Shown one piece after another: positions 35,117 to 44,409 of a stretch of DNA of 64,000 bases (the stretch's first letter is position 1; every line of letters begins with the position of its first letter). Position numbers and translations under genes: made by a program. The notes under the pieces were generated by a model. The model was given only the letters and a program-made list of their open reading frames with translations, did no database searches and had not been told where the DNA came from. Location: assembly GCA_011065125.1 (NCBI GenBank), contig JAAKFI010000001.1, forward strand, positions 25,964 through 89,963. Direction: 5' to 3'. The stretch comes from Candidatus Anoxychlamydiales bacterium. Its GTDB lineage: Bacteria; Chlamydiota; Chlamydiia; Chlamydiales; SM23-39.

Positions 35117-35632
35117 TTATTTTTTTTCTTCTAATTTTTTCTTTTCTTCAATTGCATAAACAACGCTTGTTAAAAGGCTGTTCATAACTGATACTGTCTC
35201 ACTCATTGGAGCTTCTAAAACTGATAAGAATTGAGCTCTCATCTCATCTTTAGATGGTAGTTTCGATAGCAATTCCATCTCAGCTGCATCATATGATTTA
35301 CCTTCAATTTGAGCATTCAATACTGAAAGATTCATATGATCTTTAGCTTTATAAACAGCTTTTGTAGCACCCATTGGATCACCATACACAAATACAACGC
35401 CAATATGTCCTTTAAGCAGATCTAAATCTAATTTAATACCCGCTTTTTTAGCTGCTCTTATAAATATTCTTTTTTTAACTACTTCATATTCACTTTCACT
35501 TTTTGAAAGCATATTTCTTAAATCCCAACTAGATTTAGGATTTATGTTTTCATATGAAGTTATAATCCATGAATTTGAATTTTCAAATTTATCTGTAATC
35601 TCATCTAACAGAAATGTTTTTTCTTTTCTCAT
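35117..35632 (-). CDS. rplJ: 50S ribosomal protein L10
   Basis: MRKEK N-terminus, LSKLPSKDEMRAQ; position. Confidence 0.96.
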   Translation of the reverse strand: MRKEKTFLLDEITDKFENSNSWIITSYENINPKSSWDLRNMLSKSESEYEVVKKRIFIRAAKKAGIKLDLDLLKGHIGVVFVYGDPMGATKAVYKAKDHMNLSVLNAQIEGKSYDAAEMELLSKLPSKDEMRAQFLSVLEAPMSETVSVMNSLLTSVVYAIEEKKKLEEKK

Positions 35633-35644
35633 TTATCTAACCCC

Positions 35645-36340
35645 TTATGATGTAGAAAGTGATTGTAGATTTATAAAAATACCAGGACCCATTGTTGAAG
35701 ATAGAGCAAATGATTTAATATAACTTCCCTTAGCACTTGATGGTTTTGCTTTTGATATTGCTTGATAAAGTGTGTCTATATTTTCTATAAGCTTTTCTTT
35801 AGCAAACGATAGTTTACCTACCATCAAATTTATTGCTGCATTTTTATCTACTTTAAATTCAACTTTACCAGCTTTAATTTCTTTCACTGCTTTTGCAACA
35901 TCTATAGCTACAGTTCCAGCTTTGGGTGTTGGCATAAGTCCTCTTGGTCCTAAAATTTTTCCTAATTTACCAACTTCTCTCATCATATCTGGTGTTGCAA
36001 TTAGTACATCAAAGTCAGTAAATCCACCTTTGATTTTTTCAAATAAATCAGTTGATCCTACTATATCAGCTCCAGCACTTTTAGCTTCTTTCGCTTTTTC
36101 ACCTTGAGCAAATACTGCAAGTTTAATTGTTTTTCCTGTTCCATTTGGAAGCGATACTGTACCTCTTACTTGCTGATCTGCTTTTTTAGGATCTACACCA
36201 AGTTTTAGAGATATTTCGATCGATTGATCAAATTTAAGTTCAGGACATTTTTTAAGAAGATCAATTGCTTCATCAATTGATTTTTCTTCTTCATCCAATA
36301 TAACTTCATTTATTTTTTTTAATCTTTTACATTTTTTCAT
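35645..36340 (-). CDS. rplA: 50S ribosomal protein L1
   Basis: [40 protein letters not shown]. Confidence 0.99.
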   Translation of the reverse strand: MKKCKRLKKINEVILDEEEKSIDEAIDLLKKCPELKFDQSIEISLKLGVDPKKADQQVRGTVSLPNGTGKTIKLAVFAQGEKAKEAKSAGADIVGSTDLFEKIKGGFTDFDVLIATPDMMREVGKLGKILGPRGLMPTPKAGTVAIDVAKAVKEIKAGKVEFKVDKNAAINLMVGKLSFAKEKLIENIDTLYQAISKAKPSSAKGSYIKSFALSSTMGPGIFINLQSLSTS

Positions 36341-36345
36341 TTCTT

Positions 36346-36777
36346 TTATGCTCCTTCAATTTCGATGCCCATAGATTTTGCAGTACCTATAACCATATTA
36401 ATTGCTGTATCTACTGTTCTGGCAATCATATCCGGCATTTTTCTTTCTGCTATTTTTTTAGCTTGAGCAATTGTTAATTTAGCAACTTTATCTCTATTTG
36501 GCATTTTTGATCCAGATTCTATACCAACTTCTTTTAATATTAATCTTGACACAGGTGGTTGTTTAGTAATAAAAGTAAATGATCTATCTGAATAAACTTC
36601 TATCACTACTGGCAGTATATCTCCTGCTTGCTTTTGAGTTCTTGCGTTAAAATCTTTACAAAATGCCATAATATTAACACCTGCTGAACCTAATGCTGGT
36701 CCAATAGGAGGTGCAGGATTAGCTTTACCTGCTGGGATCTGAAGTTTTATAACTTTTACTACTTTTTTCTTAGCCAT
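36346..36777 (-). CDS. rplK: 50S ribosomal protein L11
   Basis: [27 protein letters not shown]. Confidence 0.99.
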   Translation of the reverse strand: MAKKKVVKVIKLQIPAGKANPAPPIGPALGSAGVNIMAFCKDFNARTQKQAGDILPVVIEVYSDRSFTFITKQPPVSRLILKEVGIESGSKMPNRDKVAKLTIAQAKKIAERKMPDMIARTVDTAINMVIGTAKSMGIEIEGA

Positions 36778-36797
36778 TTTTTAATTACCTTATATTT

Positions 36798-37343
36798 TTA
36801 ATTTACATCTTCCGGAGAAACTTCTTCTATCTGCCAAAATTCTAAATCATCTACTCTAGTGTCTCTTCCAAAAATTGATACTAGAACGCTTAATTTTCCT
36901 TTTTCATAATTTACTTCAGTAACGGTACCCATAAAGTTAATAAATACGCCTTCATTAATTTTTACAACATCACCAACATCAACTTTATGTTTTTGAACAA
37001 CACCTGTTTTTTTGGCTTCTAATTCTACTAATATTTCATCCACTTCTTTTTGTGTTAAAGGTGTAGGCTGCCCCCCACCTAAAAAAGCAATAACTCCATT
37101 TGTATCTTTAATGCACTGCCATGTTTCATCTGTTAATTTCATTCTTAAAAGGATGTATCCTGGCCACAACCTTTTTTCTACAATTTTTTGTTCGCCTTTT
37201 TTTACTTCCTGCACATTTTCTATTGGAACAATAATTTCACTTATTAACTCTTCTAAATGCTGCCTTCTTATATTCTCTAAAAGAGCTTTTTTAATCTTTT
37301 TTTCGTGCCCACTCATCACTTGTAGTACGTACCAATTATGCAT
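36798..37343 (-). CDS. nusG: Transcription termination/antitermination factor NusG
   Basis: WYVLQVMSGHE, PGYI, KOW domain, VSIFGRDT. Confidence 0.99.
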   Translation of the reverse strand: MHNWYVLQVMSGHEKKIKKALLENIRRQHLEELISEIIVPIENVQEVKKGEQKIVEKRLWPGYILLRMKLTDETWQCIKDTNGVIAFLGGGQPTPLTQKEVDEILVELEAKKTGVVQKHKVDVGDVVKINEGVFINFMGTVTEVNYEKGKLSVLVSIFGRDTRVDDLEFWQIEEVSPEDVN

Positions 37344-37349
37344 ATTTCA

Positions 37350-37595
37350 TTACCCTAAGATTATTTTTGCAAAAACATTTATCAAATTTAAAGCTGATCT
37401 AATAATGATATCAGAAAAATATATAGCAATTGCAAAAACAAAAATTCCAGTAAGCACAATTTTAGTAGATAAAATTAATTCTGCTTTAGTTGTCCAAGTG
37501 ATTTTTTTAAATTCATTTTGAACTTCTCTTAAAAAATTATTTTTTTTTCTTTTTTCTGTTTTATGCATGATTTTCAAATCAGATGCCATATACAC
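37350..37595 (-). CDS. secE: Preprotein translocase subunit SecE
   Basis: FLREVQNEFKKITW plus TM helix; position. Confidence 0.95.
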   Translation of the reverse strand: MYMASDLKIMHKTEKRKKNNFLREVQNEFKKITWTTKAELILSTKIVLTGIFVFAIAIYFSDIIIRSALNLINVFAKIILG

Positions 37596-37618
37596 CTTTT
37601 AAATATTTATTTTATAAA

Positions 37619-37691
37619 CGAGTGCGGAGGGATTCGAACCCCCGACCGGCGACTTTGGAGATCGCTGCTCTACCATCTGAGCTACACACCC
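37619..37691 (-). tRNA. tRNA-Trp(CCA)
   Basis: GGGTGTG/CGCACTC acceptor stem, GCGAT-CT-CCA-AA-GTCGC anticodon arm, GGTTCGAATCC T arm; no encoded CCA. Confidence 0.97.
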
Positions 37692-37726
37692 CATGACAAA
37701 TAAGTCATGACAAATCTTTTCTAAAA

Positions 37727-38911
37727 TTACTCAATAATTTTAGAAACAGTTCCTGCTCCAATAGTTCTACCACCCTCACGAATAGCAAATCTCATGCCTT
37801 CTTCCATAGCAACCGGAACCATTAGTTCTCCTGTTATTTCAACATTGTCACCAGGCATAACCATCTCTGTGCCTTCCGGAAGAGCTACAGTGCCCGTAAC
37901 ATCAGTTGTTCTAAAAAAGAACTGTGGTCGATAACCAGTAAAGAATGGTTTATGTCTTCCACCTTCTTCTTTTTTCAATACGTAAATTGCACCTTTAAAT
38001 TTCTTATGTGGTGTACATGCTCCAGGAGCAGCTAATACCATTCCTCTTTCAACGTCTTTTTTATCAACTCCTCTTAAAAGAACTCCAACGTTTTCACCAG
38101 CTCTAGCTTCATCTAAAAGCTTATTAAACATTTCAAGACCAGTAGCAACAGATTCTCTTGTCTCTCTAAGACCAACGATTTGTATTTTATCGTTGATTTT
38201 AATAATACCTCTTTCAACTCTTCCTGTAACAACTGTACCTCTACCTGAAATTGAGAATACATCCTCAATCGGCATAAGAAATGGTTTATCAACTTCTCTT
38301 GTAGGTACAGGTATTTTTTCATCAATTGTTTTCATTAATTCTTTTATGCTCTCAATGCTTTCAGCATCACCTTCCAATGCTTTTAAAGCTGACCCCTTAA
38401 CGATTGCAACATTATCATATCCCTTTTCAGCTAAAAGTTCTTGTAATTCCATTTCAACTAGTTCTACTAATTCTTCATCACCTTTTCCGATTTGATCCAT
38501 TTTGTTTAAGAATACAACGATTGAAGGAACTCCAACTTGTTTCGCTAAAAGTATATGTTCTTTTGTTTGAGGCATAGGTCCATCTGTTGCCGCAACAACT
38601 AAGATAGCCCCGTCCATTTGAGCCGCTCCTGTAATCATGTTTTTTACGTAGTCAGCGTGACCTGGACAGTCAACGTGAGCATAATGTCGTTTGTCTGTTT
38701 CATATTCAACGTGTGATGAATTGATTGTAATTCCACGTGATTTTTCTTCTGGAGTATTATCTATAGAAGAATAATCTCTATAAGTTCCACCACCTTCTTC
38801 AGCTAAAACCTTTGTAATAGCTGCCGTCAAAGTAGTTTTACCATGATCGACATGCCCGATTGTTCCAATATTTACGTGAGGTTTTGTCCTTTTAAATGCT
38901 TCTTTTGCCAT
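37727..38911 (-). CDS. tuf: Elongation factor Tu
   Basis: [29 protein letters not shown]. Confidence 0.99.
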   Translation of the reverse strand: MAKEAFKRTKPHVNIGTIGHVDHGKTTLTAAITKVLAEEGGGTYRDYSSIDNTPEEKSRGITINSSHVEYETDKRHYAHVDCPGHADYVKNMITGAAQMDGAILVVAATDGPMPQTKEHILLAKQVGVPSIVVFLNKMDQIGKGDEELVELVEMELQELLAEKGYDNVAIVKGSALKALEGDAESIESIKELMKTIDEKIPVPTREVDKPFLMPIEDVFSISGRGTVVTGRVERGIIKINDKIQIVGLRETRESVATGLEMFNKLLDEARAGENVGVLLRGVDKKDVERGMVLAAPGACTPHKKFKGAIYVLKKEEGGRHKPFFTGYRPQFFFRTTDVTGTVALPEGTEMVMPGDNVEITGELMVPVAMEEGMRFAIREGGRTIGAGTVSKIIE

Positions 38912-38962
38912 CCTATTGATCCTCCATAGTCAGCGGTATTAAATTAATTTGTTTAATTCCTT

Positions 38963-39034
38963 TGCCCAGAATAGGACTTGAACCTACGACCTTTTGCTTA
39001 CCATGCAAATGCTCTACCTCTGAGCTATCTGGGC
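38963..39034 (-). tRNA. tRNA-Thr(GGT)
   Basis: GCCCAGA/TCTGGGC acceptor stem, TTTGC-AT-GGT-AA-GCAAA anticodon arm, GGTTCAAGTCC. Confidence 0.97.
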
Positions 39035-39111
39035 CCACTTTTATAAATAAAATCATATTTTATTTTTAAAAGTATATAAGTTTAATTCTCTAATTAAATA
39101 AAATCAATATC

Positions 39112-39330
39112 TTATTTTTGACGATAAATAATTCTTGCCTTTGTCAAATCATAAGGTGACATTTCAACAGTAACTTTATCGCCCACATAAACTCTAATAT
39201 TTCTCATTCTCATCTTTCCACAAAGATGAGCATGTACAGTCATGTCATTTTCTAATGTTATTCTAAAACTCATGTTTGGAAGAAGTTCTTCAACCCTTCC
39301 ATCAATCTTAATCGTCTCTTCTTTTGCCAT
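39112..39330 (-). CDS. infA: Translation initiation factor IF-1
   Basis: MAKEETI...GKMR...[21 protein letters not shown]. Confidence 0.99.
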   Translation of the reverse strand: MAKEETIKIDGRVEELLPNMSFRITLENDMTVHAHLCGKMRMRNIRVYVGDKVTVEMSPYDLTKARIIYRQK

Positions 39331-39480
39331 TAGCATTATTCACAAAATATTAATGTTAATAATTAAAACAATATTTTGGTTTCTTGTCAATAAGAAGATA
39401 AATTTATTTAATTAAAAAAATATTCTTCTTGCTTTTTTTAATTACCTCTTAAAAAATATTACAAAAAAATTAATCAGTCT

Positions 39481-39909
39481 ATGAATAAAAATATTAATAA
39501 TAAAATTAAAGAACTTATTTTAATGTTCTCTAAACTTGATACAGTCGAAGAGAGATATGAATTAATAATTAATTTTACAAAAAACTTAGAAAAATTTAAA
39601 GACGAAGACAAAACCGAAGAAAATCAAATCAAAAATTGTCAAAGCACAACTTATATTAAAACCCATTTAGAAAATAATAAAATTCAAATTTTATCTTATT
39701 CTGATTCACTGATTTCTTATGGCTTAAGTGCTTTATTAATATATGTATATAATGATGATGATCCAGTAAATATTTTAAAATACCCTCCAACTTTTTTCAA
39801 TGATCTTAAAATTGAAGAAAGCCTGTCTCCAAATAGATCAAATGGACTTTATTATATGTATGAAAGATTAAAAAAAGATGCTTTAAAATACTTACAAAAT
39901 AATAATTAA
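39481..39909 (+). CDS. sufE: SufE family Fe-S metabolism protein
   Basis: IKNCQS (active Cys), SDSLISYGL, LSPNRSNGL. Confidence 0.9.
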   Translation: MNKNINNKIKELILMFSKLDTVEERYELIINFTKNLEKFKDEDKTEENQIKNCQSTTYIKTHLENNKIQILSYSDSLISYGLSALLIYVYNDDDPVNILKYPPTFFNDLKIEESLSPNRSNGLYYMYERLKKDALKYLQNNN

Positions 39910-40718
39910 TGACAACTCCTACTATTCAAAAATATCAAAGCCCGTATCTAAATGAAAACATTTCCCAAATTATAAAATCTAATACTTTAAAATATAATAT
40001 ATGTAGAGTTGCAAAAACAGTTAATGCTTTAGCTATATTTATTTTAATTACAACTATCACCTCTTTTTTTTCATCTTCCATTGAAATATTAGTTTTAGGT
40101 CACATTATAATAGGAGCAAGCATTCCAATTTTAGGATTTGGATATATTAAAATAAATAATTTATCGAAAAAATATTTTAACACAAAATTATTATACACTT
40201 TTATAAAAGAAGAAACTTTAAAATTAAAAACTCAAAATCCGACTCAAATAAAAAACTTTTTAAATTCAATTGATATTAAAAAACCATTTTCTAATGACGA
40301 TTTAAAAAAAATCTTACCCTTGATTGCAAGATATAAATATTACACAAAAAAAAGAGATGAGTTAAATAATGAAATTGATGAAATGTCAAAAATACAATTA
40401 AATGACATTGATCAAAGATTAAAACTTCAAAAATCCATTCATTCAATTTATGAAAAATATCTTTTAAAATATAAACTCAAAGCAGCTGAAATTTTTTATC
40501 ATATTAATAATTTAAATGAAAAAAGAACTCTAGAAAAGATGGGTAATATTTACCCTTTAAATTTTGATAAAAGAATGGCCTCCTTATTTCAAGGATCTGA
40601 TATTTATTTTATATTCAATAATGATATTAGAAAAAAAAGAAAATTGGATTATTTAAGTTTTACAACTGTTGATACATCAACTATTGAACAGCTTTCTAAA
40701 TATATATTTGTCACTTAA
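39909..40718 (+). CDS. Hypothetical membrane protein with bilobed hydrophobic hairpin (Inc-like)
   Basis: Two closely spaced hydrophobic segments at about aa 38-80, then a soluble helical region; no signal peptide. Confidence 0.65.
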   Translation: MTTPTIQKYQSPYLNENISQIIKSNTLKYNICRVAKTVNALAIFILITTITSFFSSSIEILVLGHIIIGASIPILGFGYIKINNLSKKYFNTKLLYTFIKEETLKLKTQNPTQIKNFLNSIDIKKPFSNDDLKKILPLIARYKYYTKKRDELNNEIDEMSKIQLNDIDQRLKLQKSIHSIYEKYLLKYKLKAAEIFYHINNLNEKRTLEKMGNIYPLNFDKRMASLFQGSDIYFIFNNDIRKKRKLDYLSFTTVDTSTIEQLSKYIFVT

Positions 40719-42469
40719 CCATTAATACATTGAATTAAAGCTGACGCTGCAATTACTCTTAAAATTTGAAAAGGTTCTTCTAACACCTTTACTAAAAACT
40801 CTATTGATTCTTTAGAAGATATATGTGCTATTGCTTCTAAAATATGTATTTTCATTTCATGATCTGCTGTGAAATAAGCATTTTGCAAAGTTTCTATTAC
40901 AGATGGATCTTTTCCAAGCAAAGCAAGGACTAAAGCAGACTGAACTTTTATAGTATTATCATCCCCATTCATAGCCTCTTTTACAGTATCTAATGCTTTT
41001 TCATCCCCTTCCTTTAATAAAGTAGCTGCTGCAAAACCAGTAATTCCCCAACTTTCTTTTTTTAAAAAATGTTTGATTGCATCTAATGCTCTTGCATCTT
41101 CTAAAACACAAAGCATTGCTAATAAATTAAGTCTTGTCATCTGATCTATTGCTTCTGGATAATTTGGAATGTGATCAACATGTCTTATAGTAGAGGGTGA
41201 AAGCACTTCAAAATTTGGATTTTTAGAAGAATCAATCATCCACATTTGTTTATCATTTTCTAATAAGTTATATATTATATCTAAACTAGCCTTTACATTT
41301 TCTCTAATACCAATAAATCCAATTGCAATATTTGCTTTAACAAAATCATCTTTTTCTTTTTGCATAACTTCATATGCTAAATTTGGACATTTATTAATAC
41401 ATCTAGAAATAGCACTAGCAGCCATTCTTTTAATTTCTAAACTATCTTTTTTTATAAATTCTAATATTTTCTTTTTGCCAAATTCAAAGTCTTTTAAAAT
41501 TGCTATGTAATTTGCAGTAATTGCAACTTTATAGTCACTATCACTCGTTTTAATTAATAATTTTTCCTTTAGCTTTTTATTATCTATAGTATCTAAATAT
41601 GAAAAACAAATCGCATTTAAAGCAGCTATTCTAACATCTGAGATTGGATCGTCTAAAAGATTTAAAACAATATCCTCTACTTCTTTTACATTAAAATGAG
41701 ATGCTAAAATGCAGCTAAGTTCTCTAAGTGATGCTTTACCACTATTAGATAATGTTTTTATTTTATCTTTGCTTATACTATCGAAAATATTTACATACGC
41801 CTTAATTGCAAAACTTTTTTCTTCATATGTAGATTTATCAGATGTCAATATATCTTCTATTTTTTTTTCTTGATCTTCAATTTTCATTTGCCCTATTGCT
41901 TTGATAACTTCTAGTTTTACAAGCCAAAGTTTTTCATTATCCATTAATTTTCTAACTTCGTTTTTTAAAGGCTCATCCATATATGAACTTGCAAGTTGAA
42001 GAGCAATAGATCTAATAACAGCATTTGAATCTTTTAAGGCCTGATTGATTACCTTCACCCCATTTACATCTCGGGTTAAATAAGCTCCAATTAGCGAAGT
42101 TAGCCTTGTTTGAAACTGCATGGATTTAGAGCCTTTATTAATAATTTCAAATGCTAAGCCTTCCAATAAATCGTGATTTTTTAAAAAAGATGAATCTTTT
42201 TTATATAAAGATTTAAGCTCTTGAATTGCTTTTAAATCATCCTCATTTAAAGCAAGTGTATATATATATTTAGCTTTTAATTCTTTAGAATTTTTATTTT
42301 TTAAAGCAAGTTTTGCTTCTTGAAGTGCCGATTCATAATCTTCTATAAGTATATGATTATTAATCCTTTGAATGTATTCCTTTTCTGTTTTTGCAAAAAC
42401 AATAGAAACTAAAAATAAAAAAACAGCTAAATATTTCATAAAAACACCCTTAATATTTAATATATACAA
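40715..42469 (-). CDS. HEAT-repeat protein (CT384-like)
   Basis: Repeated L.D....VR..A...L units; probable start 42439 (MKYLAVF signal peptide). Confidence 0.85.
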   Translation of the reverse strand: MYILNIKGVFMKYLAVFLFLVSIVFAKTEKEYIQRINNHILIEDYESALQEAKLALKNKNSKELKAKYIYTLALNEDDLKAIQELKSLYKKDSSFLKNHDLLEGLAFEIINKGSKSMQFQTRLTSLIGAYLTRDVNGVKVINQALKDSNAVIRSIALQLASSYMDEPLKNEVRKLMDNEKLWLVKLEVIKAIGQMKIEDQEKKIEDILTSDKSTYEEKSFAIKAYVNIFDSISKDKIKTLSNSGKASLRELSCILASHFNVKEVEDIVLNLLDDPISDVRIAALNAICFSYLDTIDNKKLKEKLLIKTSDSDYKVAITANYIAILKDFEFGKKKILEFIKKDSLEIKRMAASAISRCINKCPNLAYEVMQKEKDDFVKANIAIGFIGIRENVKASLDIIYNLLENDKQMWMIDSSKNPNFEVLSPSTIRHVDHIPNYPEAIDQMTRLNLLAMLCVLEDARALDAIKHFLKKESWGITGFAAATLLKEGDEKALDTVKEAMNGDDNTIKVQSALVLALLGKDPSVIETLQNAYFTADHEMKIHILEAIAHISSKESIEFLVKVLEEPFQILRVIAASALIQCING

Positions 42470-42538
42470 TTTAAAACTTAAAAAAAGCTATTTTTTTAAG
42501 TGAGTTTTATTAAAACCTCACGGTTTTATTAATTATTA

Positions 42539-42761
42539 ATATTTCATTAAGAGTAACCTGCGTAAATATCTAACTAAGAGAGGTTCGAATCAAAAAGCTA
42601 AAAAAGAAATTCAAAAATACAAAAATCTAATGAAAAAAAATCGATCTGAAATTAATAAACTTTTTAAAAGCATACAAGATTCTTTATCTTTTTTAAAAAT
42701 TGATACCGGATATACATCAGATGCGGGATCAACTACTAGCTCGATACCAGCTTATGAATAG
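42539..42761 (+). pseudogene. Gene fragment or small ORF
   Basis: About 73 stop-free codons (YFIKSNLRKY...GYTSDAGSTTSSIPAYE*); internal ATG at 42630 gives 43 aa. Confidence 0.35.
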
Positions 42762-42871
42762 TTGATAGGAAAAATGATTTTTAAAAAGTTTTAATAAGAA
42801 CTACACCATTTAAATGTTAATAAATAGATTAAATAAAAAAATAATAAAAAAATATAATAAGAGAAAAAAAC

Positions 42872-43094
42872 ATGCCTATAGAACTTAAATTTCTACCAAG
42901 ATCTTTTAAAGCAATTAAAGATGCTGAAGACCCAGTAAAAAAAACCTGAAAGTTTTGATACTGCTTATAATACTTTATTTGAAGAAATGGGAGAACAAAT
43001 TGATAGAGAAAAGATAGCTAATGCAAAAGCAAGAATATTTAATGATTACCATCACTTATTATCTAGAGCTAACAATTCACCCCATCGCATTTAG
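42872..43094 (+). pseudogene. Small ORF split by a frameshift in an A8 tract
   Basis: MPIELKFLPRSFKAIKDAEDPVKK stops just after A8 (42937-42944); removing one A continues PESFDTAYNTLFEEMGEQIDREK...HRI*. Confidence 0.45.
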
Positions 43095-43418
43095 ATCTCT
43101 ACCACCAAGTAAATGAAAATGCAGATGGTATATGGTCTGACCAGAGGAAGTTCCTGTATTTGATAAAATTCTAAATCCTTTTTCAATATTAAATTCTTTA
43201 GCTAATTTGTTTGCAGCTTTAGCAACTTCTCCTAAAAGATAATAATCTTCTTCTTTCAATTCTTGAAAAGAAGGTATTACTTTTTTAGTAATTATTAATA
43301 TATGAACTGGAGCTTTAGGAGATATATCTTTAATAGCTATCACATGCTCATTTTCTAATAGTATTTCTGCTGGAATTTTTCTATTTATTATTTTTTCAAA
43401 TATCGTTTCCATAATCAA
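43077..43418 (-). CDS. Histidine triad (HIT) nucleotide-binding protein
   Basis: TIFEKII, DISPKAPVHILI, GQTIYHLHFHLLGG. Confidence 0.96.
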   Translation of the reverse strand: MIMETIFEKIINRKIPAEILLENEHVIAIKDISPKAPVHILIITKKVIPSFQELKEEDYYLLGEVAKAANKLAKEFNIEKGFRILSNTGTSSGQTIYHLHFHLLGGRDLNAMG

Positions 43419-44292
43419 TCCTTGCTTTATTTAATGTATATTTCAAAGCTTTTATAGCATCTTCTTTTGTCTTCCATACAGATATAAATCTACCTTTGTG
43501 ACAAAAGATAGCACCTTCTACATTGGATGCTTTTTTAAGCTCCTCCTCTTGCAATCCAGCCCATTCTAATGGGAGAGGAAGTCTTACCATCATTCTATTG
43601 TTATTATCAGGTGGTATTGCTCTTAATTTCCAATGTCTTTCTGTTGGCATAATTAGAAAAAGGGCGGGATGAGATTCTCCATTTAATTCAAAAAAACCAT
43701 CTATCCATGGAATAGATTCTTCAAATATTAAATATTTTTTCCTACCTTCCATTGTTTTTTTTACTTTATCAGAGCATTTTTTTATATAAAAAAATCTATC
43801 TCTCATTCTAAGTAAATGACCATATGCAAAATCTAAAGCATGCATAAAAGCTATATATCTTTCTTTTTTAGAAGCGTTGTAATCGATTGGGGAAAAGTTT
43901 GCTATAACTTGCGAAAAACTGCAGCCCTTAGATTCCATTTTTCCAATATCATGAGCATCTACTTGCCTAACTAAAACTTTATTAAAATAATCATATAAAG
44001 TAGGGTCAATAAAAGCTTTTTCTTTTAGGTATAATAAAACCATTCCTGCTGAAGACATCTCCCCTGCGTAACCTTTTTGATGGTGATCAAATCTTTTAAA
44101 ATTTGGAACATATATACCTCCTACATCACATACATATTCACATTTTGATAAATCAACTAAATCTCTTGTTCTATGAATTTTATTTCTATCTATTAAATCA
44201 TATAATAAAAGAAGAGCGCATGCTGTAATTTCATCCGCATGAAATGAACCATCATGGGTACCAAAACTTTTTTTTATAATTTCTGCTTCCAT
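43396..44292 (-). CDS. MYG1 family metal-dependent hydrolase/exonuclease
   Basis: GTHDGSFHADE, RTRD, DVGG, FDHHQ, SSAG, FCHKGRF. Confidence 0.95.
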   Translation of the reverse strand: MEAEIIKKSFGTHDGSFHADEITACALLLLYDLIDRNKIHRTRDLVDLSKCEYVCDVGGIYVPNFKRFDHHQKGYAGEMSSAGMVLLYLKEKAFIDPTLYDYFNKVLVRQVDAHDIGKMESKGCSFSQVIANFSPIDYNASKKERYIAFMHALDFAYGHLLRMRDRFFYIKKCSDKVKKTMEGRKKYLIFEESIPWIDGFFELNGESHPALFLIMPTERHWKLRAIPPDNNNRMMVRLPLPLEWAGLQEEELKKASNVEGAIFCHKGRFISVWKTKEDAIKALKYTLNKARIDYGNDI

Positions 44293-44409
44293 AACTTTTC
44301 CTTACACAAAGACAGTAGTTTATTTAGATTAGAATTTATGTACAAGTTAGAATAAAAAGATTTACTAATAAATTTTTGATTTATAAGATTAAGTTTTTTA
44401 GGATATTTT

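Noticed and set aside
1366..38495. Many short ORFs opposite or inside valS, transporters, V-ATPase, rpoBC, rplA, nusG and tuf (e.g. 1366-1665, 2380-2820, 21940-22368, 37012-37521)
   Set aside because: Nested in well-supported genes and showing typical antisense composition
42582..42591. GGTTCGAATC T-loop-like motif
   Set aside because: No T-stem, acceptor stem or D arm around it
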